Shown here one piece after another: positions 18,250 through 27,045 of a stretch of 60,629 nucleotides of DNA. The position numbers were made by a program, and so were the translations under genes. This DNA comes from an uncultured bacterium. GTDB taxonomy: Bacteria; Hydrothermota; Tepidihabitantia; Tepidihabitantales; JBDRVQ01. Where the stretch lies: assembly GCA_964425275.1 (NCBI GenBank), contig CAYRLZ010000019.1, forward strand, positions 1 through 60,629, read 5' to 3'. Below the pieces are notes generated by a model. The model was not told where the DNA came from, made no database searches, and worked only from the letters and a program-made list of their open reading frames with translations. Each line of letters starts with the position of its first letter. Position 1 is the first letter of the stretch.

Positions 18250-19245
18250 ATGAGAAGGTTTGTGATTATGTGTATCTTATGGCTTATTACCTGTTCCCCA
18301 GAAAGGGATAATCCCTATGACCCAAATTCTCCTTCTTATCAAGGTAAGACTTTCCTGCAAGGAACCTGTCGGAACCGGATTTTGGTCTTACTTCCTTCGG
18401 CCAAGATTTCATTGCGTTCCTTAAAGGGTAGCACTCACCTCTTCACCTTTACCGATGAGCAGGGGAGATATGAATTGAGAAATTGCCCGGTGGAGAGTGT
18501 TCGGGTAATTGCCGAAAAAGAGGGCTTTGCCGCTGAATCAACCGATTTGTTCCTATTGGCCTATAAGGCGGAAACTCTGGATTTCGTCTTAGAAGGGTTG
18601 CCTAAATTTTTGTCCGCCGCGGTCTTTTCTTATTATGGCCAGCGCCATATCCCTTATGACTCTATAGCCCTCTCCTTGGAATGTAAAATAAAAGATGAGG
18701 AAGGACCGGGTGATATAAGTGATGTCTTTGGGATAATTGAAGGGCTTTCTGATACCCTGCCCTTATTTTTTAAGTCCGGCTTTTCTTATGAGAACACATT
18801 TCCCGAGGAGAGTTTATCAAAAGGACTTGATGAGATTACTGGGCGGGATATTCACATCGTAGCCCAGGACAGGTTTGGTAATGAAGTGAAGTCTTCGGCT
18901 TTACGGCTGGTTCGGGTGATAAGACAGCCACCGGAGCCGGTCGCGCCGGTTGGTGGGAGTAATGTCTCACCGCCGGTCGTTCTTGTCTGGCGTTCACCGC
19001 CATATCTCTTTTCTCATTCTCTCTTCTGTGAGGTTTATCGTATCTCACCTAATTTACCACCGATTCTTTTTCGCCGCTATGAAAATATCTTGGCCGGGGA
19101 TACCTCTCTTACCCTCTCCGTTCCACTGGATACTGGTTTTTATTACTGGCAGATTGGGGTGAGGGATGATTATCATAATTGCGCAAAATCAGCGGAGGCG
19201 GTTTTCAAGGTAGCGGCAAAAACCGCATCCCGGCCAATCCAATGA
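18250..19245 (+). CDS. lipoprotein with a carboxypeptidase-regulatory-like domain
   Basis: I prefer the start at ATG 18250 (MRRFVIMCILWLITCSPE, lipobox-like LITC). The segment FTFTDEQGRYELRNCPVESVRVIAEKEGF resembles a CarboxypepD_reg fold. Confidence 0.65.
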   Translation: MRRFVIMCILWLITCSPERDNPYDPNSPSYQGKTFLQGTCRNRILVLLPSAKISLRSLKGSTHLFTFTDEQGRYELRNCPVESVRVIAEKEGFAAESTDLFLLAYKAETLDFVLEGLPKFLSAAVFSYYGQRHIPYDSIALSLECKIKDEEGPGDISDVFGIIEGLSDTLPLFFKSGFSYENTFPEESLSKGLDEITGRDIHIVAQDRFGNEVKSSALRLVRVIRQPPEPVAPVGGSNVSPPVVLVWRSPPYLFSHSLFCEVYRISPNLPPILFRRYENILAGDTSLTLSVPLDTGFYYWQIGVRDDYHNCAKSAEAVFKVAAKTASRPIQ

Positions 19246-20762
19246 ACGGAGAAGAGAAGGTTTCACTTACGCCCGAGCGTTTGAAAATTTTGCATCAGAT
19301 AAGCGTCGTCATAAATTCTATTCTGAATTATAAGGAACTTTTGGAGAAGATAATGGACATCGGTTTGGAGACCTTAAAGGCGGAAAGGGGGGTAATTGTC
19401 CTTAAGGAGAGAGAAGATTTTATTCCGGTTACCGAGCGAGACCTCCGTCCCCGGGCGGATAGCCAAGAGGAGGTGAAGAGGATTTCTCGGAGTGTGATTG
19501 AGGAGGTGATAAGAACCAAAAAACCAATACTCCTGCACAGTGCGATAGACCAATCACCTTTTTCCGCCCAAGAGAGTATAATAATCTCTCAGATTAAGTC
19601 GGTTTTAGCCTGTCCCCTTTTCAGTCGGGGGAATTTAATCGGGGCGATTTATTGCGATTCCCTATCAGAAAAGGGGGTCTTTACCGAGGAGGATGCCAAT
19701 TTTCTTGTTGCCTTCTCCCATCTGGCGGCCATCGCTATTGAGAATGCCCGTTTGCGCGAGATGTTGATTGACGAAAATATCTATCTCAAAAAGGTGGTCG
19801 GGGAAATTCCAAAGAAAGACCTCCAAAGTTTTGCCAATATTATCGGTCAAAGTGAAAAGATGTTAGAACTCTTTTCCCTCTTAAAAAAGGTAAGCAATAC
19901 CGATGTCAATATCTTAATCCAAGGGGAATCCGGAACCGGCAAAGAACTGATTGCCAAGGCGATTCATTATCAGAGCAGAAGGCGCGAGAAAAAGATTGTC
20001 CCAATATATTGTGGTTCGCTTCCCGAGACGCTTTTGGAATCGGAACTCTTTGGTTATAAGAAAGGGAGTTTTACCGGGGCGCTTTATGATAAGAAGGGAT
20101 TGATTGAGGAGGCGGATGGGGGAACGCTTTTCTTAGACGAAGTGGTGGACATCTCACTGGCCATTCAGGCAAAACTCCTGCGGTTTTTGCAGGAGGGGGA
20201 GATAAGGAGGGTTGGTGAGACTGAGCCCAGGAAGGTTGATGTCCGGGTAATTGCCGCGACGAATCGGAACTTAAAGGATGAGGTGAAGAAGGGAAATTTT
20301 CGGGAAGACCTCTATTATCGGTTAAATGTCTTGGAGATTAATCTACCGCCATTACGGGAGAGAGAAGATGATGCGGTTCTTTTAGCAAAATATTTTCTGG
20401 ATAAATTTTCCCAGAAATACAATAAAGAGATAAAGGGATTTACTCCGGCGGCGGTGAGACTTATTCGCACTTATCCCTGGCCCGGTAATGTGCGGGAATT
20501 GGAGAATTCAGTTGCCCGGGCGGTCTCTTTGGCTGAGGGGAAGTTCATTACTCCCGAAGACCTCGGTCTCGTCGGGGTAGGTCTGGAATTGAGCCCGCAA
20601 TCTTTAAAAAAGAGTGTGAAAAAATTAGAGAGAGATAAGATTATCTCCGCCTTGAAACACTGTGGGGGGAATAAAACCGAGGCGGCAAAACTCTTAGGAA
20701 TTTCCCGCCGCAGTTTATATTATAAGATGAAAGAGTTAGGAATTGAAAGCGATGCTACCTGA
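19242..20762 (+). CDS. sigma-54-dependent transcriptional activator (GAF - AAA+ - Fis-type HTH)
   Basis: Walker A GESGTGKE, sigma-54 contact loop GSFTGA, and a C-terminal HTH (NKTEAAKLLGISRRSLYYKMKE). ATG 19242 overlaps the preceding stop (ATGA). Confidence 0.9.
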   Translation: MNGEEKVSLTPERLKILHQISVVINSILNYKELLEKIMDIGLETLKAERGVIVLKEREDFIPVTERDLRPRADSQEEVKRISRSVIEEVIRTKKPILLHSAIDQSPFSAQESIIISQIKSVLACPLFSRGNLIGAIYCDSLSEKGVFTEEDANFLVAFSHLAAIAIENARLREMLIDENIYLKKVVGEIPKKDLQSFANIIGQSEKMLELFSLLKKVSNTDVNILIQGESGTGKELIAKAIHYQSRRREKKIVPIYCGSLPETLLESELFGYKKGSFTGALYDKKGLIEEADGGTLFLDEVVDISLAIQAKLLRFLQEGEIRRVGETEPRKVDVRVIAATNRNLKDEVKKGNFREDLYYRLNVLEINLPPLREREDDAVLLAKYFLDKFSQKYNKEIKGFTPAAVRLIRTYPWPGNVRELENSVARAVSLAEGKFITPEDLGLVGVGLELSPQSLKKSVKKLERDKIISALKHCGGNKTEAAKLLGISRRSLYYKMKELGIESDAT

Positions 20763-22278
20763 GATCCTTGGACCGAAATATGAGGTATTAAACTTGCTTG
20801 CCCGTTCCCATTTTTCTACGGTCTATTTGGGAATTCAGAGGCCATTAGGGAGAAAGGTTTTGATAAAAATCCTTGCCCCGCACATTGCCGAGAATGAAAC
20901 CTTACGGCGGCGCTTTGAAAGGGAAGCAAAAATCCTCGCCGCCCTTGATGACCCAGGTGTGGTTAAGGTTTATGACTTCGGTCAGGAAAAAGGGACGGCA
21001 TTTATTATCTCCGAATTTATTGAGGGGAAGACCTTAAAGGAGGTCTTGACCGAACGAAAAAGATTAGAGATAAACGAGGCTTTAAGGATTATCAAAGAGG
21101 TCGCGGAGATTATATCCCGAATCCACAGAAAAGGGGTTTTGCATCGGGATATAAAACCTTCTAATATTATATTAAAAGAAGATGGGAGATTAAAACTGAC
21201 CGATTTCGGACTGGCCCAGACCGTTGCCCTTGACCGTTTAACAATTGATGGCGAGATAATTGGGACACCGGCTTATATGTCACCGGAACAGATTTCCGGA
21301 AGACCGATTGATCAACGGAGTGATATATTCTCCTTAGGGGTAGTGGCCTATGAACTTTTGACCGGAGAAAATCCCTTTGTCGCGGAGACCTTTACTGGGG
21401 TTTTGCATAAGGTTCTCAACCAGAAGCCAGAAAAGATTAAAGACCTTCCGCCAGCCGTAGCGAAACTCTTAGAAAAGATGTTAGCAAAAAATCCCAAGGG
21501 ACGTTTCCAATCCGGGGAGGAGATAAGTGTTTATATCGGGCAAATCTTTTTGGGAAGCGAAGAAGTAGTGGGGAAAAAGAGGGCTTCTTTGAAACCACTT
21601 ATTTTTCTCTTTGGTTTTATCCTTATCTTTCTATTTATTTTCATCTTTCGGGAGAAGGTTATTCCCCATAAGCAAAAGATTACCCTTTCCCAAGAGGAGA
21701 TGATGACCAGTAAAGAGACAACTGGCTTTCTTAGACAGGAATCCCTTGCCAATAAAGTGAGAAGTGAAATTGGGGAGAAAGGTAAGATAGAAGTGAGGGG
21801 TAAAGAAATTCCGCTCAGGAGATTAGAATCTATCCCCCCTTTGTTAGTTGAGAGCGGATATTTAAGGGTAAAGGTAGAGCCCTGGGCCGATGTATATGCT
21901 GGGGAAGGGGGGAATATGAGGTATATTGGGCAGACCCCAATTGCCAAGCCGATAAGGCTAAAATCCGGGGCAATCAATATAAGATTCCGCCACCCGGTTA
22001 TCGGGATAGCCGAGACCACAATCGCAATTGCCCCGAAAGAGACCACAGAAATCTCTTTTTACCTCCGGAGGTGTTTTTCTGGCTTAAAAGTCTTTGCCGA
22101 ACCTTGGGCCGAGGTATATATTGATGGCGAATATAAGGGGATGACTCCGATGGGCGTTATCTATCTTTCACCGGGTCGGCATGAGTTAAGCTTTAAAAAT
22201 CCCAAATTTTCGCCATTGGTGGAGACGGTTGAATTTAAGCCCGGGGAGACGAAAGAGCGATATGTTAAGTGGCGATGA
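20752..22278 (+). CDS. Hanks-type Ser/Thr protein kinase with a TM segment and PEGA-like extracytoplasmic domains
   Basis: HRDIKPSNIIL, DFGLA, GTPAYMSPEQ, then a TM helix (LIFLFGFILIFLFIFIF). The C-terminal YLRVKVEPWADVY and LKVFAEPWAEVYIDGEYKG look PEGA-like. The start overlaps the end of the activator gene. Confidence 0.88.
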   Translation: MLPEILGPKYEVLNLLARSHFSTVYLGIQRPLGRKVLIKILAPHIAENETLRRRFEREAKILAALDDPGVVKVYDFGQEKGTAFIISEFIEGKTLKEVLTERKRLEINEALRIIKEVAEIISRIHRKGVLHRDIKPSNIILKEDGRLKLTDFGLAQTVALDRLTIDGEIIGTPAYMSPEQISGRPIDQRSDIFSLGVVAYELLTGENPFVAETFTGVLHKVLNQKPEKIKDLPPAVAKLLEKMLAKNPKGRFQSGEEISVYIGQIFLGSEEVVGKKRASLKPLIFLFGFILIFLFIFIFREKVIPHKQKITLSQEEMMTSKETTGFLRQESLANKVRSEIGEKGKIEVRGKEIPLRRLESIPPLLVESGYLRVKVEPWADVYAGEGGNMRYIGQTPIAKPIRLKSGAINIRFRHPVIGIAETTIAIAPKETTEISFYLRRCFSGLKVFAEPWAEVYIDGEYKGMTPMGVIYLSPGRHELSFKNPKFSPLVETVEFKPGETKERYVKWR

Positions 22279-22292
22279 TAAAATTAGCACTT

Positions 22293-22308
22293 TGGCACGG
22301 ATTTTGCT
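22293..22308 (+). promoter_or_regulatory. sigma-54 (-24/-12) promoter
   Basis: TGGCACGGATTTTGCT matches TGGCACG-N4-TTGCW exactly in the GG/GC spacing. It lies 16 nt upstream of ATG 22324. Confidence 0.75.
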
Positions 22309-22323
22309 TTCATTTATTGAGAG

Positions 22324-23475
22324 ATGAAAACAAAATATAGAGAATTATTCTTTTTAGTTATCCCTTTAATTTTCTTTGCCTTTAATTCTCTTTGGGCCGA
22401 GCATTGGGTCTCTTGTCGGTCATTAAATGTGCCGCGGGCTGGTCTTGTCTGTGAGGCGGTTAACGGTAAGATATATGCGATTGGTGGCCGAGATGAGAGG
22501 CGGGTTCTTGGGGTCTGTGAGGAATATAACCCACAGCAGGATACCTGGGTGATTAAAAGACCGATGCCCACTCCCCGCTACGGGGCGGTTTCGGCTGTCT
22601 GGGAGAATAAGATTTATGTGATTGGTGGTGATACCAGTATCTCCTCACCCTCTCCGGTTAATATTATAGAGATATATGACCCGGGGCGCGACACCTGGAT
22701 GAGGGCGAACACTTTTCTACCCACCCCTCGTTCCGGGGCCGGGGGCAGTCGCCTTGCTCATTTAATTTTTGTGATTGGCGGTTGCCAAAGGAGAGGAAAC
22801 ATTACTGATACGGTTGAGGTCTATGATGTGAGGGAAAATCGCTGGCTAATAAAGAGGTCAATGATTACCCCTCGTTCCAATTTTTCGGTGGTAGCAACTT
22901 CATCCCGAATTTATGCCCTGGGCGGGCTTTATTATGGACCGATTGCCCAATGTGAAGTATTTAATGAAAGCACGAATAACTGGCGGGCAATAAGACCACT
23001 ACCTTCGGCTCGCCATTCCACGGCGGCCTGTGCCTATGGCGAGATTGTTTTCGTAATTGGCGGAAGCGGGATGCATCCCAACGAAATTAGAAAAAGGGTT
23101 GATTATTATATACCGGAACGGGATACCTGGCAGAGATACCCCAATCTTAATTATGGAAGGCATTCGCTTGGTGCTTGCCTCCTTAGAGACGAGCTCTATG
23201 CCATCGGTGGCGTAGATAGCGCCGGGCGGTGTGTTAAACGGGTAGAAAAGAGTCAGGTTTTAGGTGTGGGGATTAAAAGGGAGGAGAGGAGCGAAAAAAT
23301 CAGAGGCAAAGAGTTTCCGACTTATTTCCGAGCCGAAAAAAGACTTATGATTAATGAGCCTCATTCAATATTTGACGCCCTGGGGAATAAGATTAACTCC
23401 GGAAATTTAAGAAGCGGACTATACTTTATCCACTTAAAAAGAGAAAATCGGGTGAAGAAGTTAATCGTCTACTAG
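22324..23475 (+). CDS. secreted Kelch-repeat protein with a T9SS-type C-terminal sorting domain
   Basis: Signal peptide. Repeated IYAIGG/IYVIGG/IFVIGG/IYALGG Kelch blades. The C-terminal ...GNLRSGLYFIHLKRENRVKKLIVY resembles a T9SS type A CTD. Confidence 0.75.
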   Translation: MKTKYRELFFLVIPLIFFAFNSLWAEHWVSCRSLNVPRAGLVCEAVNGKIYAIGGRDERRVLGVCEEYNPQQDTWVIKRPMPTPRYGAVSAVWENKIYVIGGDTSISSPSPVNIIEIYDPGRDTWMRANTFLPTPRSGAGGSRLAHLIFVIGGCQRRGNITDTVEVYDVRENRWLIKRSMITPRSNFSVVATSSRIYALGGLYYGPIAQCEVFNESTNNWRAIRPLPSARHSTAACAYGEIVFVIGGSGMHPNEIRKRVDYYIPERDTWQRYPNLNYGRHSLGACLLRDELYAIGGVDSAGRCVKRVEKSQVLGVGIKREERSEKIRGKEFPTYFRAEKRLMINEPHSIFDALGNKINSGNLRSGLYFIHLKRENRVKKLIVY

Positions 23476-23482
23476 TTGCCTT

Positions 23483-24202
23483 GTGACGACCAGTAAATCG
23501 CGATTAAGAGTTATTTTACCGGATTTACGTTTTGCCTTAGGTAGCGCGCTCTATTTTTGGCTAATAATTTTTTTAAATTCACCAGCAAAAGGTGAAGAAC
23601 GAAGCCCGGTCCCTTACTTAGATTCCCTCTATAAAATCGGCGACTACGAGCGTATCATTAGGGAGGGAGAAGAACTTCTGGCTCAGGAGACAAAAAGAGA
23701 GGCGAAGGTTGAGATTTTAAGACTCCTGGCCTTTTCCTCGGTGGCCCTTACCCGGCGCGAAGAGGCCGAGAGTTATTTCTTACATCTCCTTTATCTTTCG
23801 CCAAAATTCTCTCTTGACCCGCTGAATACCTCACCAAAGATTATGGAGGTATTTCTGGCGGCGCGGAGTGGATTTGAGAAGGGAAAGAAAGAGAAATTGG
23901 CGGTCGGTTTTCATCCTTTAATCTACTTCTATCCCGGTCTTTCCCAGTTAAAAAATGGCGATAGATTTAAGGGATATTTCTTAACCTCCCTAACCACGGT
24001 CTCAGCGATTGGTTTTTTCACCACCGCGGTTCTCACACCAATTTATCACAAGAGATATTTAGATAAGAGAGTTCCCGCGGAGATTGAATCGGCCTATAAT
24101 CGGTATAAACTGATATATATTACAAGGCAGGTATTCGGGATTGGCTTAGCGTTCTCTTATGGGCTACATATTTTAGACCTTAAATTCGCCGGGCCCCGTT
24201 AA
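23483..24202 (+). CDS. membrane protein, TPR-like N-terminal part and DUF5683-like C-terminal part
   Basis: 239 aa with a GTG start (uncertain). The segment YPGLSQLKNGDRFKGYFLTSL followed by TM helices resembles DUF5683 (PGLGQ-type). Confidence 0.5.
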   Translation: MTTSKSRLRVILPDLRFALGSALYFWLIIFLNSPAKGEERSPVPYLDSLYKIGDYERIIREGEELLAQETKREAKVEILRLLAFSSVALTRREEAESYFLHLLYLSPKFSLDPLNTSPKIMEVFLAARSGFEKGKKEKLAVGFHPLIYFYPGLSQLKNGDRFKGYFLTSLTTVSAIGFFTTAVLTPIYHKRYLDKRVPAEIESAYNRYKLIYITRQVFGIGLAFSYGLHILDLKFAGPR

Positions 24203-24268
24203 AGGATATTGGCGAGTTGACCAATGGGAATTTATATTTATAAGTTATAATTAGACAAGGAGGTGAAT

Positions 24269-25312
24269 ATGAACGACTTTATTTTTAAGAAGGCAAGGCA
24301 GGCATTCTGTGGGATATTGCTTATCTGGGTCGTGGTGGCGGCTGGTCCGGTCGGGCGGTATCTCGGCTTTAAGGTAGGCAAGACCGTTACCGACACCGGC
24401 TTCGGTCGGGATTCAATCCATTTCTACTTACCAACCCCTTCCGATTCAATAATTTATCGCAATTTCACCGACACGACGACAGTCCTTGCCGAAATTGTTC
24501 GCCAGGGTGCCCCAGCCTACCTGCTTCGGGCGGTGATGGCGGACACCGGGCGGTACGAGATGATTGACACTGTATGCGAATCGGGCGAGACCCTGATGCG
24601 TCAACGGATGAACTATGGCGGCATTACCCTTTGGTTAAACCTCTATCGCGTGCCGTTCTGGGTTGGCTCTTGGTGGCGCACCGGTGCGGAGGGTACCTAT
24701 TACATAGATATAAACGGCGACAGTTTGATTGATACTTTAACTGTCTGGGGTGATACCGTTCGGGTTTTAAGCACTGAGGATGTGACTGTTCCCTACGGCA
24801 CGGTCCGCAACTGTTACAAATTACTACTCGTGCTCCGCCAGGCGCTCCGTATGACCTACCAGGGGATGCCGGTGCGGGAGACAGGCTATGTCCGTCACTA
24901 CGAGTGGTATAAAGATTCGCTCTGGCGGGTCAAGGATTCAACCATAGTCACTGCCCGAGCCTATGCCCGTATGCTTATCTGGATGCGCCTTGCCGATATC
25001 TTCAGTTATAACCTGATTCAGATGACCGGAATGCAGCAGGTGGCATTGCAGGAACCAACCGGTTCGGTTCGGTCCGTTATCACCGTGCAACCCAATCCAT
25101 TCTGCAACCAGTTATCTATCCGCTTATCTGAGATTAGCCCAGCAGATAAACCGGAGATTTCGGTCTATGATGTCACCGGTCGTTGCGTCCGCTGTCTAAT
25201 AGGACCAGAGGCAGTCTGGGACGGTCGGGACCAGAAAGGCTTGGAGATGGCACCGGGAGTCTATTTCATCCGGGTGAAAGATATCTCCTGTTTGGTGAGA
25301 AAGATTAAATAA
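24269..25312 (+). CDS. secreted protein with a T9SS-type C-terminal sorting domain
   Basis: I prefer ATG 24269 (SD AAGGAGG at 24257-24263). The C-terminal VQPNPFCNQLSIRL...VYDVTGRCV...GLEMAPGVYFIRV is T9SS-CTD-like. Confidence 0.7.
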   Translation: MNDFIFKKARQAFCGILLIWVVVAAGPVGRYLGFKVGKTVTDTGFGRDSIHFYLPTPSDSIIYRNFTDTTTVLAEIVRQGAPAYLLRAVMADTGRYEMIDTVCESGETLMRQRMNYGGITLWLNLYRVPFWVGSWWRTGAEGTYYIDINGDSLIDTLTVWGDTVRVLSTEDVTVPYGTVRNCYKLLLVLRQALRMTYQGMPVRETGYVRHYEWYKDSLWRVKDSTIVTARAYARMLIWMRLADIFSYNLIQMTGMQQVALQEPTGSVRSVITVQPNPFCNQLSIRLSEISPADKPEISVYDVTGRCVRCLIGPEAVWDGRDQKGLEMAPGVYFIRVKDISCLVRKIK

Positions 25313-25523
25313 GCCGATGCCTAAGTCAGAATTTTTGCGCTGGGCAATCTTTTTCTTTTCTTGCAACAATTTGCACACCGGGAGATTAAAAATTGGGGTT
25401 AGAGTGACTTCATATATATAAGCCTTTTATGACGAATTTATTAGGACTGATTAACTCTCTAGGTCCAGAGGCATTGGGTTTAGATTACCTTGGGAAAGAA
25501 TTTTTAAGCGCTCTTAATCAAAT

Positions 25524-25539
25524 TGGCATAGTTTATGCT
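25524..25539 (+). promoter_or_regulatory. sigma-54 (-24/-12) promoter
   Basis: TGGCATAGTTTATGCT has its GG and GC dinucleotides at the consensus 12-nt offset. It lies 40 nt upstream of ATG 25579. Confidence 0.6.
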
Positions 25540-25578
25540 CTATATATTGATGATGAAAAAGAGAATTGGAGGTGAGTT

Positions 25579-26559
25579 ATGAAATACATTCTAACTTTCA
25601 TCCTTGGTTTAGGCTTGACAATAGCCTTTGCCCAAGAGTGTGGAGGGGCTATCGCTGGTGTTGTTACTGATTCCGTTACCGGAAAGCCGATTGCCGGTGC
25701 CTGTGTCCATGCGATGTCAAGAAACCAGTGTGGCGGAAGGGCGGTGACTAACCAAAATGGTGAATATATAATTGAAAACCTAAGACCCGGGTATTACGAA
25801 GTCAAGGCCTCCGCTATGAATTATCTTCCGAAACCCTATTCGGAACCGGTGCCGGTGCAATGCGGTCAGACGACTCCGAATATCAACTTTGCCCTTGTTC
25901 CTTGTTCTCCACCACCGCCACCACCCCAAGGAGGAGGAATTTCTGGCGTGGTGACCGATTCGATTACCGGAAAGCCAATCGCCGGTGCGGAAGTTCATGC
26001 CTGCGGACCAACCTGTGGCAAAGCGATAACCAATCCGAATGGTGAGTATCTGATTCAAAATCTGGCTCCGGGTGAGTATCGTGTCGGCGCCTGTGCCCGA
26101 GGCTATCGGGGCAAACCTTATCCGGAATTAGTTTTTGTGAAAGCCAATCTGATAACCCCGAATATCAACTTCGCCCTTGCTCCTTCTTGCCCTCCACCGC
26201 CGCCACCGACGAGAGGTTCTATTTCCGGAAAGGTAATTGATAAGACGACCAACAAACCAATCGTCGGAGCAATGGTTACCGCGATGGGAATGAGGAGAAG
26301 AGGTGGATTTGGTCGGGCATTAACCGGACCAGATGGAACCTATAAGATTGAGAATCTTTTACCTGGCGGATACCGGGTAGTCGCCGGTGCCCGTGGTTAT
26401 AAGCCCGAGCCTTATCCTGAGTTAGTGATTGTGCGAGAAGCTCAGAATACACCGGATATTGACTTTGCCTTGATACCAAGAGGCGAAGAAGAACTTAAGG
26501 TAAAGAATATTGAAGAAAACCATAACCGGGAAGAAATCAGAGTGAAGGAAGTTAAATAA
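25579..26559 (+). CDS. secreted protein with three carboxypeptidase-regulatory-like repeats joined by poly-Pro linkers
   Basis: Signal peptide. Three copies of G(V/K)V(T/I)D..TGKPIAGA.VHA...NGEY.I.NL.PG.Y.V, separated by PPPPPP linkers. Strong SD GGAGGTG. Confidence 0.75.
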   Translation: MKYILTFILGLGLTIAFAQECGGAIAGVVTDSVTGKPIAGACVHAMSRNQCGGRAVTNQNGEYIIENLRPGYYEVKASAMNYLPKPYSEPVPVQCGQTTPNINFALVPCSPPPPPPQGGGISGVVTDSITGKPIAGAEVHACGPTCGKAITNPNGEYLIQNLAPGEYRVGACARGYRGKPYPELVFVKANLITPNINFALAPSCPPPPPPTRGSISGKVIDKTTNKPIVGAMVTAMGMRRRGGFGRALTGPDGTYKIENLLPGGYRVVAGARGYKPEPYPELVIVREAQNTPDIDFALIPRGEEELKVKNIEENHNREEIRVKEVK

Positions 26560-26588
26560 CACCATACCCCTGCCCAACCCATCAGGAG

Positions 26589-26627
26589 AGAGGAGCCCCT
26601 TTTAAGGGGCTCCTCTAATTTTTTATT
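26589..26627 (+). terminator. strong intrinsic terminator
   Basis: An 11-bp stem AGAGGAGCCCC-ttttaa-GGGGCTCCTCT followed by a T-rich run. Confidence 0.85.
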
Positions 26628-26676
26628 TTCTTAAAAAGATTTTAGTAGCGACTATTTATTTTTGATTCAAATGAGT

Positions 26677-26702
26677 AAAGTTTAGTAATACTAAACTTTT
26701 TT
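26677..26702 (+). terminator. second, orphan terminator-like hairpin
   Basis: AAAGTTTAG-taata-CTAAACTTT followed by TTT. There is no ORF between it and the preceding terminator. Confidence 0.4.
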
Positions 26703-26778
26703 AATACACTATTTTAACCCTAACATCTTGATTTTACAGGACTTATCGGATTTTTGCTTGATTTTAGGGTATCGCTCC

Positions 26779-26982
26779 CCCTATGCCTTACCCTACCTCT
26801 TACTTAATGCCTTACTGGGTCTTTTAGTCTGTCCTTTACTCTATCCCTTACCTAACCCCTCTCCCTACCTCCTTCTCTTACCCTTTCTCTCCTCTTCTCT
26901 ATCTCCTTCTGATACGCTCCCTGATAGGCTCTCTAATCCCTTCCCTGTGCCTCCTTCTCTCTCTTTCTCTGAACCTCCCCCT
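26779..26982. repeat. pyrimidine-rich 12-nt phased array (about 17 units), degenerate
   Basis: Hand segmentation gives CCCTATGCCTTA / CCCTACCTCTTA / CTTAATGCCTTA / CTGGGTCTTTTA / GTCTGTCCTTTA / CTCTATCCCTTA / ... / CTCTCTTTCTCT / GAACCTCCCCCT. The + strand is C/T-dominated. Confidence 0.6.
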
Positions 26983-27009
26983 TCGTCTCATTTTGATTTG
27001 TGTGTTCAA

Positions 27010-27038
27010 TTGACAAAATTAGATTGTTAAATTATAGT
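27010..27038 (+). promoter_or_regulatory. sigma-70-type promoter, leaderless geometry
   Basis: TTGACA (27010-27015), 17-nt spacer, TATAGT (27033-27038). The ATG at 27046 lies 7 nt after the -10 element, with no SD. Confidence 0.6.
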
Positions 27039-27045
27039 CTATCCT

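Noticed and set aside
21531-22046. The 171-aa antisense ORF inside the Ser/Thr kinase gene.
   Set aside because: It lies fully within a confidently identified CDS on the other strand, with no start context or motifs.
26728-27030. The 100-aa Pro/Leu/Ser-rich ORF.
   Set aside because: It is a low-complexity translation of the CT-rich 12-nt array. It has no SD and runs through the -35 element of the thyX-like promoter.
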